Origin: an uncultured bacterium
GTDB taxonomy: Bacteria; Abyssobacteria; SURF-5
Direction of reading: 5' to 3'
DNA: 64,000 nucleotides
Assembly: GCA_964607485.1 (NCBI GenBank)
Contig: CAZSKP010000001.1
Location: 128,001-192,000, forward strand
Below, one piece after another: positions 10,786-19,356 of this stretch (position 1 is the stretch's first letter; each line of letters starts with the position of its first letter). The position numbers and the translations under genes were made by a program. Below the pieces are notes generated by a model. It saw nothing but the letters and a program-made list of their open reading frames with translations, was not told where the DNA came from and searched no databases.

Positions 10786-11838
10786 TCAGGAAAGACCTGT
10801 CGCTGACGCAATCTTGGCGAGCTCTTCCTCGAACTGTTGGTGGAGCCGCTTCTTATCCATGTCGGGAAGAAAACTCGCTCTGACTCCGTTAAGGCACAGG
10901 GTCTTGATCTCCGACCAGTCGAGGCCGAGTTCTTCGCCGCACAGCTTGTACTCTTTGGTCAAGGAAGTTCCGAACATGGCGGGGTCGTCGCTGTTCAAGG
11001 TGACCAGCAGTCCGCGTCGGAGGAATTCGGGAAGCGGATGGTCCGCGAGCGAACGGATCGCGCCGGTCTCCACGTTGCTCGTGAGACACATGTCCACGGC
11101 GGTACCTCGGACGCGCAAATGCTCGAGCAGTTGCTCGTCTCCGCGCGCGCCGAGACCGTGGTCGATGCGTTCGGCCCCGAGCGCTTTCACCGCGCCCCAC
11201 ACGCTGGAGGGCCCGGTGACCTCGCCCGCGTGAGCGACCAGGTGGAGTCCCTCTCTTCTGGCCCACGCGAACTGTTCCGCGAATATTTCGGGCGAATAGT
11301 GAATCTCGTCTCCTCCCAATCCCAACGCGATCACGCCGTTCTTCTGGTGACGCGCGGCCTCGCGCGCCGTCTGCCACGCGTGCTCGGTCCCGAACTGACG
11401 GCCGATGTCGAAAATGAATCGCACATCGATGTCGCCGTTCTTGCAGACGCTTCTCGCGCCCGCCGCGATTCCCGGCATGACCTCGTCCATCGAGAGCCCG
11501 TTGAGCCTGTGCGCGGTCGGAGGGATGAGTATTTCCGCATACCTGACATTTTGAGCGCGAAGATTTTCGAGGACATCACAGCACGCCATCTCGAAGTCCT
11601 CGGCGCTCCGCAGGCACGTGCATCGCATGCGGTAGTCGTCGAGAAACCCGATCAGGTGCCCGTAATGAACACGGGTGGGATTTCTGCCTTCGTTCGAACT
11701 ACGAAGCTCCACCCCGTTCTTGTGCGCGAGTTTCTCGAGCGTCTCGGAGGAGATCGAACCTTCCAGATGCACGTGGAGCTCCACCTTCGGCATCCGTTCT
11801 ATCGCCGCTCCGAGGTCTGCCTGCCGAGTTGCCTCCAT
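10786..11838 (-). CDS. add: Adenosine/adenine deaminase family protein
   Basis: PKVELHVHLEG, HAGE, RIDHG and NSDDP metal/catalytic motifs. Confidence 0.93.
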   Translation of the reverse strand: MEATRQADLGAAIERMPKVELHVHLEGSISSETLEKLAHKNGVELRSSNEGRNPTRVHYGHLIGFLDDYRMRCTCLRSAEDFEMACCDVLENLRAQNVRYAEILIPPTAHRLNGLSMDEVMPGIAAGARSVCKNGDIDVRFIFDIGRQFGTEHAWQTAREAARHQKNGVIALGLGGDEIHYSPEIFAEQFAWARREGLHLVAHAGEVTGPSSVWGAVKALGAERIDHGLGARGDEQLLEHLRVRGTAVDMCLTSNVETGAIRSLADHPLPEFLRRGLLVTLNSDDPAMFGTSLTKEYKLCGEELGLDWSEIKTLCLNGVRASFLPDMDKKRLHQQFEEELAKIASATGLS

Positions 11839-12022
11839 GCGTCCTCCCTGAGGGTCTCCCTGAATCTATTCATTTATACCATGTTTCCGGTTTGTCCGCA
11901 AACTGCTTGTGCGCTCGTATTGCAAACCGGGGGCCGGTACCAATATAATGAGTGGGCTTTTTGGAGGCAAGCGGACCGGCCGGCCTGCTTGCGATTCTAA
12001 GTGACCTTCCGGGGAGTCGTGG

Positions 12023-13171
12023 ATGCGACGCGTGGATGAAAAGCTCAACGTGCTTATTGTGTTCGGAACGAGGCCGGAGGCCATCAAGCTCGCGCCCGTG
12101 ATACATGAGGCGAAGAAGCGGGCATGGGCGCGGCCGGTGGTGTGCGTCACCGCGCAGCACAGGGAGATGCTCGACCAGATGCTCGGAGTGTTCGGCATCA
12201 GGCCCGACATAGACCTCGGCATAATGACCCGCCGGCAGAGCCTGCACTCGCTCGCGTCCAGAATTCTCACGCGGATGCGCACCGTGCTGAAAGAGCGAAG
12301 CCCGCATCTTGTCGTCGTGCAGGGTGACACGACCACCACCTTCGCCGCGAGCCTGGCGGCCTTCTATGAGAAAATTCCGGTCGCCCACGTGGAGGCGGGA
12401 TTGAGAACGTTCAGGAAGGATGAGCCGTTTCCCGAAGAGGCAAACCGCAGGCTTGCCGATTCGCTCGCCGACTTTCACTTCGCGGCCACCGACGGGAATC
12501 GTCTCAATCTCATCAGGGAAGGGGCGGACCCCGAGCGGATATTCGTCGTGGGAAACACCGTGGTGGACGCGCTGGGGCGCATCCTGCAAGAAAATCGAAA
12601 GAGAAAAACATTTCCCGGCCTGCCACGCATCGCGCCGGGAAAGAAAACGATAGCGGTGACGGCGCATCGCAGGGAAAGCTTCGGCGAGCCTCTGAGGAAT
12701 ATCTGCGAGGCGCTGAGGCGGATTTCCAAGCTGAACGACGACGTGGAAATAATATACCCCGTTCATCTGAACCCGAACGTTCTGCGTCCGGTCCGACGCC
12801 TTCTCGGCGGCGACAAGAACATTCATCTCCTGCCGCCGCTGGATTACGTGTCGTTCGTCGAGCTGCTCCGGCGGTCGTATCTCATACTCACCGATTCGGG
12901 CGGCATTCAAGAGGAGGCGCCCACGCTCAAGAAGCCGGTGGTCGTGATGCGCGAGGTGACCGAACGACCCGAGGGCGTGAGGGCCGGATTTGTGAAAGTC
13001 GCGGGGAGGAGCGTCGATGCCGTGGTGAGTGCGACGCAGGAGCTTCTCGACGACACATCGATTCACTCCCGCCTGCGGCATATTCCCAACCCATACGGAG
13101 ACGGACGCTCCGCGCGGAGAATCCTGAGCATAATCGGCCGACATCGCGCCTCGCTCCTCTCTCGCGGGTGA
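12023..13171 (+). CDS. wecB: UDP-N-acetylglucosamine 2-epimerase (non-hydrolysing)
   Basis: FGTRPEAIKLAP, QGDTTT, HVEAGLR, HRRES, TDSGGIQEEAP, NPYGDG. Upstream TTGCAA-18-TATAAT at 11920-11949. Confidence 0.96.
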   Translation: MRRVDEKLNVLIVFGTRPEAIKLAPVIHEAKKRAWARPVVCVTAQHREMLDQMLGVFGIRPDIDLGIMTRRQSLHSLASRILTRMRTVLKERSPHLVVVQGDTTTTFAASLAAFYEKIPVAHVEAGLRTFRKDEPFPEEANRRLADSLADFHFAATDGNRLNLIREGADPERIFVVGNTVVDALGRILQENRKRKTFPGLPRIAPGKKTIAVTAHRRESFGEPLRNICEALRRISKLNDDVEIIYPVHLNPNVLRPVRRLLGGDKNIHLLPPLDYVSFVELLRRSYLILTDSGGIQEEAPTLKKPVVVMREVTERPEGVRAGFVKVAGRSVDAVVSATQELLDDTSIHSRLRHIPNPYGDGRSARRILSIIGRHRASLLSRG

Positions 13172-13324
13172 ATCGTTCCCCGACCTCTCCTGTTCTAAAT
13201 CAGACATGCCCCTGTGGAAAAGCCTACATCAATTGGGAATCCTCGTCTGTATCTGCAATGTGTGTTCAGCTATAACTTAAATGATAACAACCTCTTATGT
13301 GTGATGCTGCCAGATCAGGAAGAT

Positions 13325-13340
13325 TGGCAACCGTCTTGCT
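13325..13340 (+). promoter_or_regulatory. Putative sigma54 (-24/-12) promoter
   Basis: TGGCAACCGTCTTGCT with correct GG-N10-GC spacing, about 85 bp upstream of the DUF3347 gene. Confidence 0.5.
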
Positions 13341-13423
13341 CATTCAGACCGACGAAGTCTCGGGCAAACCGAGCAGCTGGAATGTGGCACGGTCGAGGTT
13401 GATCTGGGAAAGGAGTAAGACCG

Positions 13424-13987
13424 ATGAAAAGAACCATAGTATGGATGTTGGCCTTGGCGGCGGCATTGCCGTTGCTCTTCGCATCGGCCGGTTGGGCCGA
13501 GGAGGCCCATCACGGTACGAGCGCCGACACACCGAAGCACTGCGATATGGCCTCGTGTCCCCACAAGGGAATAACGGCGAAAATATTCGAAAACTATTTC
13601 GTGATTCGCGCCTCGCTTGCAGCCGATTCCCTCGAAGGTGTGCCGACGAGGGCGAAGGCGATTGCGGAGGCCGTAGAGCCGTTTTCGCAAGAATCCAATA
13701 AATGTATGGGTCGCCGAGAAGAGTCCAACATGCATGCCCTGATGTCGGAGATAGGCGCCGCGGCGAGAACGCTGGCTGAAAAAAACAACATCACCTCCGC
13801 CCGAGAGGAGTTCGGCGAGTTGAGCATGAAGATGTTTGCGTATCAGAAAAGCCACCTGGCGGAATCCGAGAGGGCGCATGTCTTTGCGTGTGACATGGCA
13901 AAGAAGATGTGGCTTCAGCAAACCGAGGAGCCGGGCAATCCGTATTTCGGCCCTGCGATGGCCAGATGCGGGCGCATGATTGAGTGA
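13424..13987 (+). CDS. Exported DUF3347-type (heavy-metal efflux-associated) protein
   Basis: Signal peptide; His/Cys/Met-rich N-terminus; C-terminal CDMAKKMWLQ...NPYFGPAMARCG motif. Confidence 0.82.
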   Translation: MKRTIVWMLALAAALPLLFASAGWAEEAHHGTSADTPKHCDMASCPHKGITAKIFENYFVIRASLAADSLEGVPTRAKAIAEAVEPFSQESNKCMGRREESNMHALMSEIGAAARTLAEKNNITSAREEFGELSMKMFAYQKSHLAESERAHVFACDMAKKMWLQQTEEPGNPYFGPAMARCGRMIE

Positions 13988-14283
13988 GCCTCAGCGTTCC
14001 GAAGGAGGGCCTGCGCCGGCCCGCAAAAAGGTGAAGCCTTAATGTGCGACGCAAATAACCGGGGGGAGGAGAAGATCATCGGAAGGACCTGAAGATTTCG
14101 TTCGAGGTACATTTCGGGAAAGGCATCCACTCCTCCAAAAACAACCCAACGGGAGTCCCGCGTGCCCTTTGGAAGCCTTTCCCGAATCCTTATTTGCCAC
14201 GGCCTTCCCACGTTCGAAGCGGCGTAAGGCGCCGATGCAGGCATGGGAGCAACGAACACATCGAAAAGAGAGGATGATTACCG

Positions 14284-14898
14284 ATGGAAGACCTCGCGAG
14301 AGTGCGCTATGACCGTAACGCGCGGTTTTTCGATTTTGTCGATTCGCTTTTTGGGACGATGATGGCCCGACGGAAACACGAGGTCGTCGGGCGTGCAAAA
14401 GGCCGCGTGCTCGAGGTAGGTGTCGGAACCGGAAAAAGCCTGGCCCACTACCCGCAGGGAATAGAACTGGTGGGAATCGACATCAGCCCCAAAATGCTCG
14501 AGAGGGCAAAGGCGCGAGCCGGCGACTTCCCCGGTAGCCTGACCCTGCAGGTCGGAGATGTCCAGAACCTTGACTTTCCGGACGACTCCTTCGACACGGC
14601 GGTGACATCGTGCGTCTTTTGCTCCGTCACCGACCCGGTCCGGGGATTTCGGGAGATCAACCGCGTCCTGCGACCGGGCGGCAGAGGTTTGCACCTCGAA
14701 CATGTGAGGAGCAAAAGGCCCGTCATTGGCAAGTTGATGGATATCCTGAATCCGATTGCAGTCCGCATGACCGGCGCCAATATCAACCGCGACACGGCCG
14801 CAAATATCAGGAAATCGGGCCTCAGGTTGCTGGAGGAAGAAGACCTGTGGTCTGATATTTTGAAACTCTTCGAGGTCACAAAAGGCGAGAAATCCTGA
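14284..14898 (+). CDS. Class I SAM-dependent methyltransferase (type 11, PmtA-like)
   Basis: VLEVGVGTG motif I, GIDISPKML, FCSVTDP, RVLRPGG, GANINRDT. Confidence 0.9.
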   Translation: MEDLARVRYDRNARFFDFVDSLFGTMMARRKHEVVGRAKGRVLEVGVGTGKSLAHYPQGIELVGIDISPKMLERAKARAGDFPGSLTLQVGDVQNLDFPDDSFDTAVTSCVFCSVTDPVRGFREINRVLRPGGRGLHLEHVRSKRPVIGKLMDILNPIAVRMTGANINRDTAANIRKSGLRLLEEEDLWSDILKLFEVTKGEKS

Positions 14899-15098
14899 GG
14901 AAGGCGGCTCCAGCCCACAACCCCGGCATTCCCCTCCCTGACTTCATTGTGCATGTTTCCGCCCCACTGAAGTGTAAAGAAGCAATACATGTGCCTCACT
15001 ATGCGTGCATCAAAATAGAGACGCGGCCGTGGCGGCCCGTACGCCGCGAGCGTCGCATCCAATTGATATAATAGGCTTTACGTAGGTTTGTGGGCTAA

Positions 15099-15114
15099 TG
15101 GCACAAAAAGTGCT
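15099..15114 (+). promoter_or_regulatory. Putative sigma54 (-24/-12) promoter
   Basis: TGGCACAAAAAGTGCT with GG-N10-GC spacing, 90 bp upstream of the response regulator. Confidence 0.45.
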
Positions 15115-15203
15115 CTTCTCGACATCGAGGCACAGGTATTTTTCTTAATATATGCTGTCGAATTCATAATACTCTTATCCGAAATCATTAAGGAGAGAAA
15201 ACA

Positions 15204-16142
15204 ATGAGTCGAAACATAGCAATCGTAGAAGATGATCACGATCTGGGCACCATACTGCGCAGCCGGCTTCACGGGGCCGGCTACCAGTGTGTCCTCATCC
15301 GCGACAGCGAGAAGGCCTTTCCCGTGATCAAGGAGAAAAAGCCCGATCTCGCGATCCTTGACGTCATGATGCCGAAGGTGAGCGGCTACGACCTCTGCCG
15401 TCAGATCAGACGCGACCCGCTGATCTTCAACACTCCCGTGCTCATGCTCTCCGCCCTCGGAAGCGAGCCGGAGATTCTGCATGCGCTGGAGCAGGGGGCC
15501 GACGACTATCTCGTCAAACCGTTCGATGTCGGCGTCCTGTTTTCCAAGGTCAAAACGCTTCTGGAAAAACATAGGCGTATCATGCAGACAAGCCCGCTCA
15601 CCGGGTTCCACGGCGGCGAGTACATCAAGAGGCTCATCACGAACAAACTGTTTCGGGACGAGCTTGTGGCCGCGTGTTACTTCACGCTGATGCATTTCGC
15701 GCCGTACGTCAAGGCTTATGGCGGCAACAAGCGCGATCGGGCGGTAACGCTGCTGGCCGACATCCTGAAGAAAGTCACTCAGGATACGGGAGTGTACGAG
15801 TGCGCGATCTCGCACATGGGCGGCCCCGACTTCATGGTGCTTCTGTCGGTCAAGGACTTCGAGAGATACTGCAACGAGGTCGTCTTGCGTTTTCGGAATC
15901 GGAGAAGCGCACTTTACGGCGGAGTGGACCTCGACCGCGGCGCGATAGAACTCCCGGCCGAGGGCGGCGGAGTGGCCGACTACCCCCTCATGGCCGTCGC
16001 CGTCGGAGTGGTCACCAACGAGCGCGCTAAGTTCAGAGACAGCGCTCAAATGGTGAAGGTCGCGGGCGAGGTAAATCGTCGCGCTCAGCGACAGCAAAGC
16101 AACGGCCACATCGATATCATGAGGGAAGCGATATTGCTCTAA
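15204..16142 (+). CDS. Response regulator: REC plus degenerate GGDEF domain
   Basis: REC motifs (VEDD, LDVMMP, LSA, KPF), then SPLTG...HMGGPDF in place of GGDEF. Confidence 0.88.
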   Translation: MSRNIAIVEDDHDLGTILRSRLHGAGYQCVLIRDSEKAFPVIKEKKPDLAILDVMMPKVSGYDLCRQIRRDPLIFNTPVLMLSALGSEPEILHALEQGADDYLVKPFDVGVLFSKVKTLLEKHRRIMQTSPLTGFHGGEYIKRLITNKLFRDELVAACYFTLMHFAPYVKAYGGNKRDRAVTLLADILKKVTQDTGVYECAISHMGGPDFMVLLSVKDFERYCNEVVLRFRNRRSALYGGVDLDRGAIELPAEGGGVADYPLMAVAVGVVTNERAKFRDSAQMVKVAGEVNRRAQRQQSNGHIDIMREAILL

Positions 16143-16400
16143 GTTGCCCCGCGTGCGGGCGGAACGATTAGCCGATCGTCCACCCACAACGTTGTTCAAG
16201 AGCCGCTCGCCGCGCGTGGGCGACATCGAGATGTCTTCTGCATACGCATGCAAGCCATCCCCCGCGGGATGGCTTTCGTGCTTCCACAGGGCTGTTTGGG
16301 CAATTACATATCTAACAATCTTCCTAATCACAGTTTGACTTCCATATTGCTTTCGTCCTACTCTAGATGGGCGAACCGTTCGTATATGGAAAGGGAGCCC

Positions 16401-17005
16401 ATGACCTCCTCCGGCAAGGAATCTGAAGAAACACTTGTCCGAGCGGCAAGTGAAGGAAGTGTGGATAGAGTCAAGGCGCTGTTGGAGACAGCCAGCGATG
16501 TGGATGCGAGAGACGATTATATAACCAAACCGCGCTTTTTGTGGCGGCGAATCGAGGTCACGCCGAAATAGTGAAGATTCTGCTGAATAGCGGCGCAGAT
16601 GTAAATGCAAAAGACGTCTATGGCCAGACGCCCTTGTTCATGGCAGCGCTGCAGGGATGGTCGGAGATATTCAATATTCTGCTGACGAGCGGCGCCGATT
16701 TCAACGCTAAGACTAACGATGGCATGACAGCACTCATTCCCGCCGCAGGGCAAGGCAAGTATGATATCGTGAGAGCGCTCATAGATAGAGGAGCGGATCC
16801 AAATGTGCGCACAAGGACGGGAACAACGGCCCTCCTATCTGCGTGCACGCGGGGACACACTGAGGTCGTGCGGTTGCTGCTGGAGCGGGGCGTCGATATG
16901 AACGTGCGAGAGAAATTCTTCGGACTGACCGCCTTGCGGGTCGCAAGGAATAAGGATCACAAGGAGATTGTCACGCTGCTCGAGGAGGCCGGCGCCGAGG
17001 AATAG
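16401..17005 (+). pseudogene. Ankyrin-repeat protein split by a 2-bp insertion
   Basis: Frame 1 (LVRAASEGSVDRVKALLETASDVDARDDY) joins frame 2 (NQTALFVAANRGHAEIVKILL...) if the extra AT at 16521-16522 in gattatataac is removed. Confidence 0.8.
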
Positions 17006-17159
17006 AAGATACAAGTCACAAGTCGAGAATCAGCGAGTGTTATCTTAAGCCCTCGATTCGCTCCCTGAAACTATCAACAGCTTTGCTGGCAACATGACCC
17101 GACGCTAGGGCTGTCTGCGGGGCAGGCTACATGCCCAACGGGGAAGAGGACCTCCAAAG

Positions 17160-19043
17160 ATGAAAAGAACAAGCAGACTGGTCGTTTCTCTTGGAATACT
17201 GGCTGTCTCGCTCTGTATGCTTATCACGGCCAGTCAGTCATCTTTCGGAAGCGAGGGCGAGGGAAGCCGGAAGCGGAGCTTCTTGAAGGCGGACCTGCAT
17301 TGGAAGTTCTATGACCTTCTCGATAAATTCGACAAACACTTCAAGCTGCCTCTTAAGAAAATCAAGAACGGGATGCCGGACAGGTACGATAAGGTGGAGA
17401 TCGAGAAGAATGTTCGAATCCCGATGCGTGACGGCGTCGAGCTTTGTGCCAACGTTTACAGGCCGAAAACCGGCGGGAAATTTCCGGTCATTCTGACGAG
17501 GCTGCCTTACGGCAAGGACGAGTATTATTGCTCCATGCCTGCCGTGGGAAAATTCTGGGCCAAAAAAGGATATGTTTTCGTCGCTCAGGACGTTCGGGGA
17601 AAATTTTGCTCCGAAGGCGAGTTCGAGCCTCTCATCAATGAGGTTGAAGACGGATACGACACGCTCGATTGGATTTCAAAGCAGCCGTGGTGCGATGGCA
17701 ACATCGGGATGGAAGGAGAGTCGTATTTCGGCTACACAACCTGGGCCGCCGCGGTGAGCGGTCACCCAAGCCTGAAATGCATCTCGCCGATGGACACCGC
17801 GATGAATTTCCATGAGGTGATATTCCAAAATGGCGCGCTCGCACTCCAGACGGCGGGGCTGTATCCAATCCTAATGCATGGAAAAACGTACCAGAATGTG
17901 TTGCGTCTCGACCGAATGCATCTCCCCCTCATAACGATGGACGATGCTGCCGGCATCCCCACCCCAAGTTACGACACGCTCCTCAAGCATCCGTTTCGGG
18001 ATGAGGTCACCGAACAGTACAATCTGCGCAACAGACGAGAGCGCGTAGAGATTCCGATGCTTGTCGTGGCGGGCTGGTACGATGTGTTTCTCAAGACGAC
18101 CATTGATGACTGGTTCGTGCAAAGGCAGCGGAACATGCATACTGAAGCGAAAGGAAAACAATGGATACTCATATGTCCCTTCGACCACGAGTCAACGCCG
18201 GCGGGGACAAATCGGATAGGCAGGCTGGACATTGGCAATAAGAGCGCCACGACGATCTGGGAGATGAGACAGGAGTTCTATGACAAGTATCTGAAAGGAA
18301 TCGATAACGGCTTCGAAAAGAAACCACCGGTTCGGATTTTCGTCATCGGTGACAACGACTGGCGATATGAAAGCGAGTGGCCTCTGGCCCGGACGCAATA
18401 CGCGGATTACTACCTTCACAGCAATGGGAGCGCGAACACGTTGGGCGGAGACGGTGCCCTGAATCCGAGCGAGTCCATCGATGAGCCGTTTGACTCGTAT
18501 GTGTACGACCCTAAGGACCCTGTAAGAATCCACTATAATATTGATGTCTGGTCACTGGCTGCACAGATGAAGGATAGGCATCCTGTAGAGAAGAGAAAAG
18601 ACGTTCTCGTTTACACCAGCGTGCCTCTGGAGAAAGATACGGAGATCACCGGTCCGATTACGGTCACGCTTTTTGCCGCGTCATCGGCTGTGGACACGGA
18701 TTTTACCGCTGCCCTGATCGATGTTTTCCCGAATGGATATCTGCACTTGCTCCAGGAAGGTATACAGCGGGCGAGCTACCGCGAATCCGACAGAGAGCCG
18801 ACCTTTCTCCAGCCCGAAAAGATCTATCGGTACAACATCGATCTCTGGGCGACAAGTTATGTTCTGAAAGCCGGCCACAAGGTGCGCGTCGAAATATCAA
18901 GCAGCAACTTCGACCGATTCGACCGCAATCTGAACACGGGCGCCGAATTCGGCATGACTTCGGAAACGGTTAAAGCAACCCAGAATATCTACCACAGCGA
19001 GGAATACCCGTCGCACATAACTTTGCCGGTTATTCCGAGATGA
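17160..19043 (+). CDS. Secreted CocE/NonD-family serine hydrolase
   Basis: Signal peptide; IPMRDGVEL, RLPYGK, QDVRG, nucleophile motif GESYFG, GWYD; C-terminal GHKVRVEISSSNF. Confidence 0.93.
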   Translation: MKRTSRLVVSLGILAVSLCMLITASQSSFGSEGEGSRKRSFLKADLHWKFYDLLDKFDKHFKLPLKKIKNGMPDRYDKVEIEKNVRIPMRDGVELCANVYRPKTGGKFPVILTRLPYGKDEYYCSMPAVGKFWAKKGYVFVAQDVRGKFCSEGEFEPLINEVEDGYDTLDWISKQPWCDGNIGMEGESYFGYTTWAAAVSGHPSLKCISPMDTAMNFHEVIFQNGALALQTAGLYPILMHGKTYQNVLRLDRMHLPLITMDDAAGIPTPSYDTLLKHPFRDEVTEQYNLRNRRERVEIPMLVVAGWYDVFLKTTIDDWFVQRQRNMHTEAKGKQWILICPFDHESTPAGTNRIGRLDIGNKSATTIWEMRQEFYDKYLKGIDNGFEKKPPVRIFVIGDNDWRYESEWPLARTQYADYYLHSNGSANTLGGDGALNPSESIDEPFDSYVYDPKDPVRIHYNIDVWSLAAQMKDRHPVEKRKDVLVYTSVPLEKDTEITGPITVTLFAASSAVDTDFTAALIDVFPNGYLHLLQEGIQRASYRESDREPTFLQPEKIYRYNIDLWATSYVLKAGHKVRVEISSSNFDRFDRNLNTGAEFGMTSETVKATQNIYHSEEYPSHITLPVIPR

Positions 19044-19356
19044 CCAGCTCTGCGCACGCTCGACGGCTGTCGTTCTTCAGCGACCGCTCCACCAAACCGA
19101 AAAAGGGTCGGGCATTTGATAATTCTCACCCGGATGATATATACTGCGTTGGTAAGGTGACGCAGGATAAGAAGCGCAGCGCAAGGTGTCACGAGGAACG
19201 CGCATTCGAAGATGCGCAAGAGCGCACCAGGATGTAATCAACCCTGATTGGATTGCCCTGATGCCTTCCTGCCCGGTCGAAGTGAGGTCTCGTCCCTATT
19301 CCTGAATGGTCCCGGTTCAAAATCAGTAGATTGCCGTTAGTGGAACCAGGAAGCTT

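Noticed and set aside
13355-13410. GGGCAAACC suggesting a c-di-GMP-I riboswitch
   Set aside because: The GAAA tetraloop hairpin and downstream GCAAAGC/P3 elements are missing.
19120-19356. Possible TPP riboswitch or leader peptide (ORF 19040-19237) before the OFOR operon
   Set aside because: No CTGAGA or CCTGA...GCG.AGGGA core; the ORF has no recognisable coding features.
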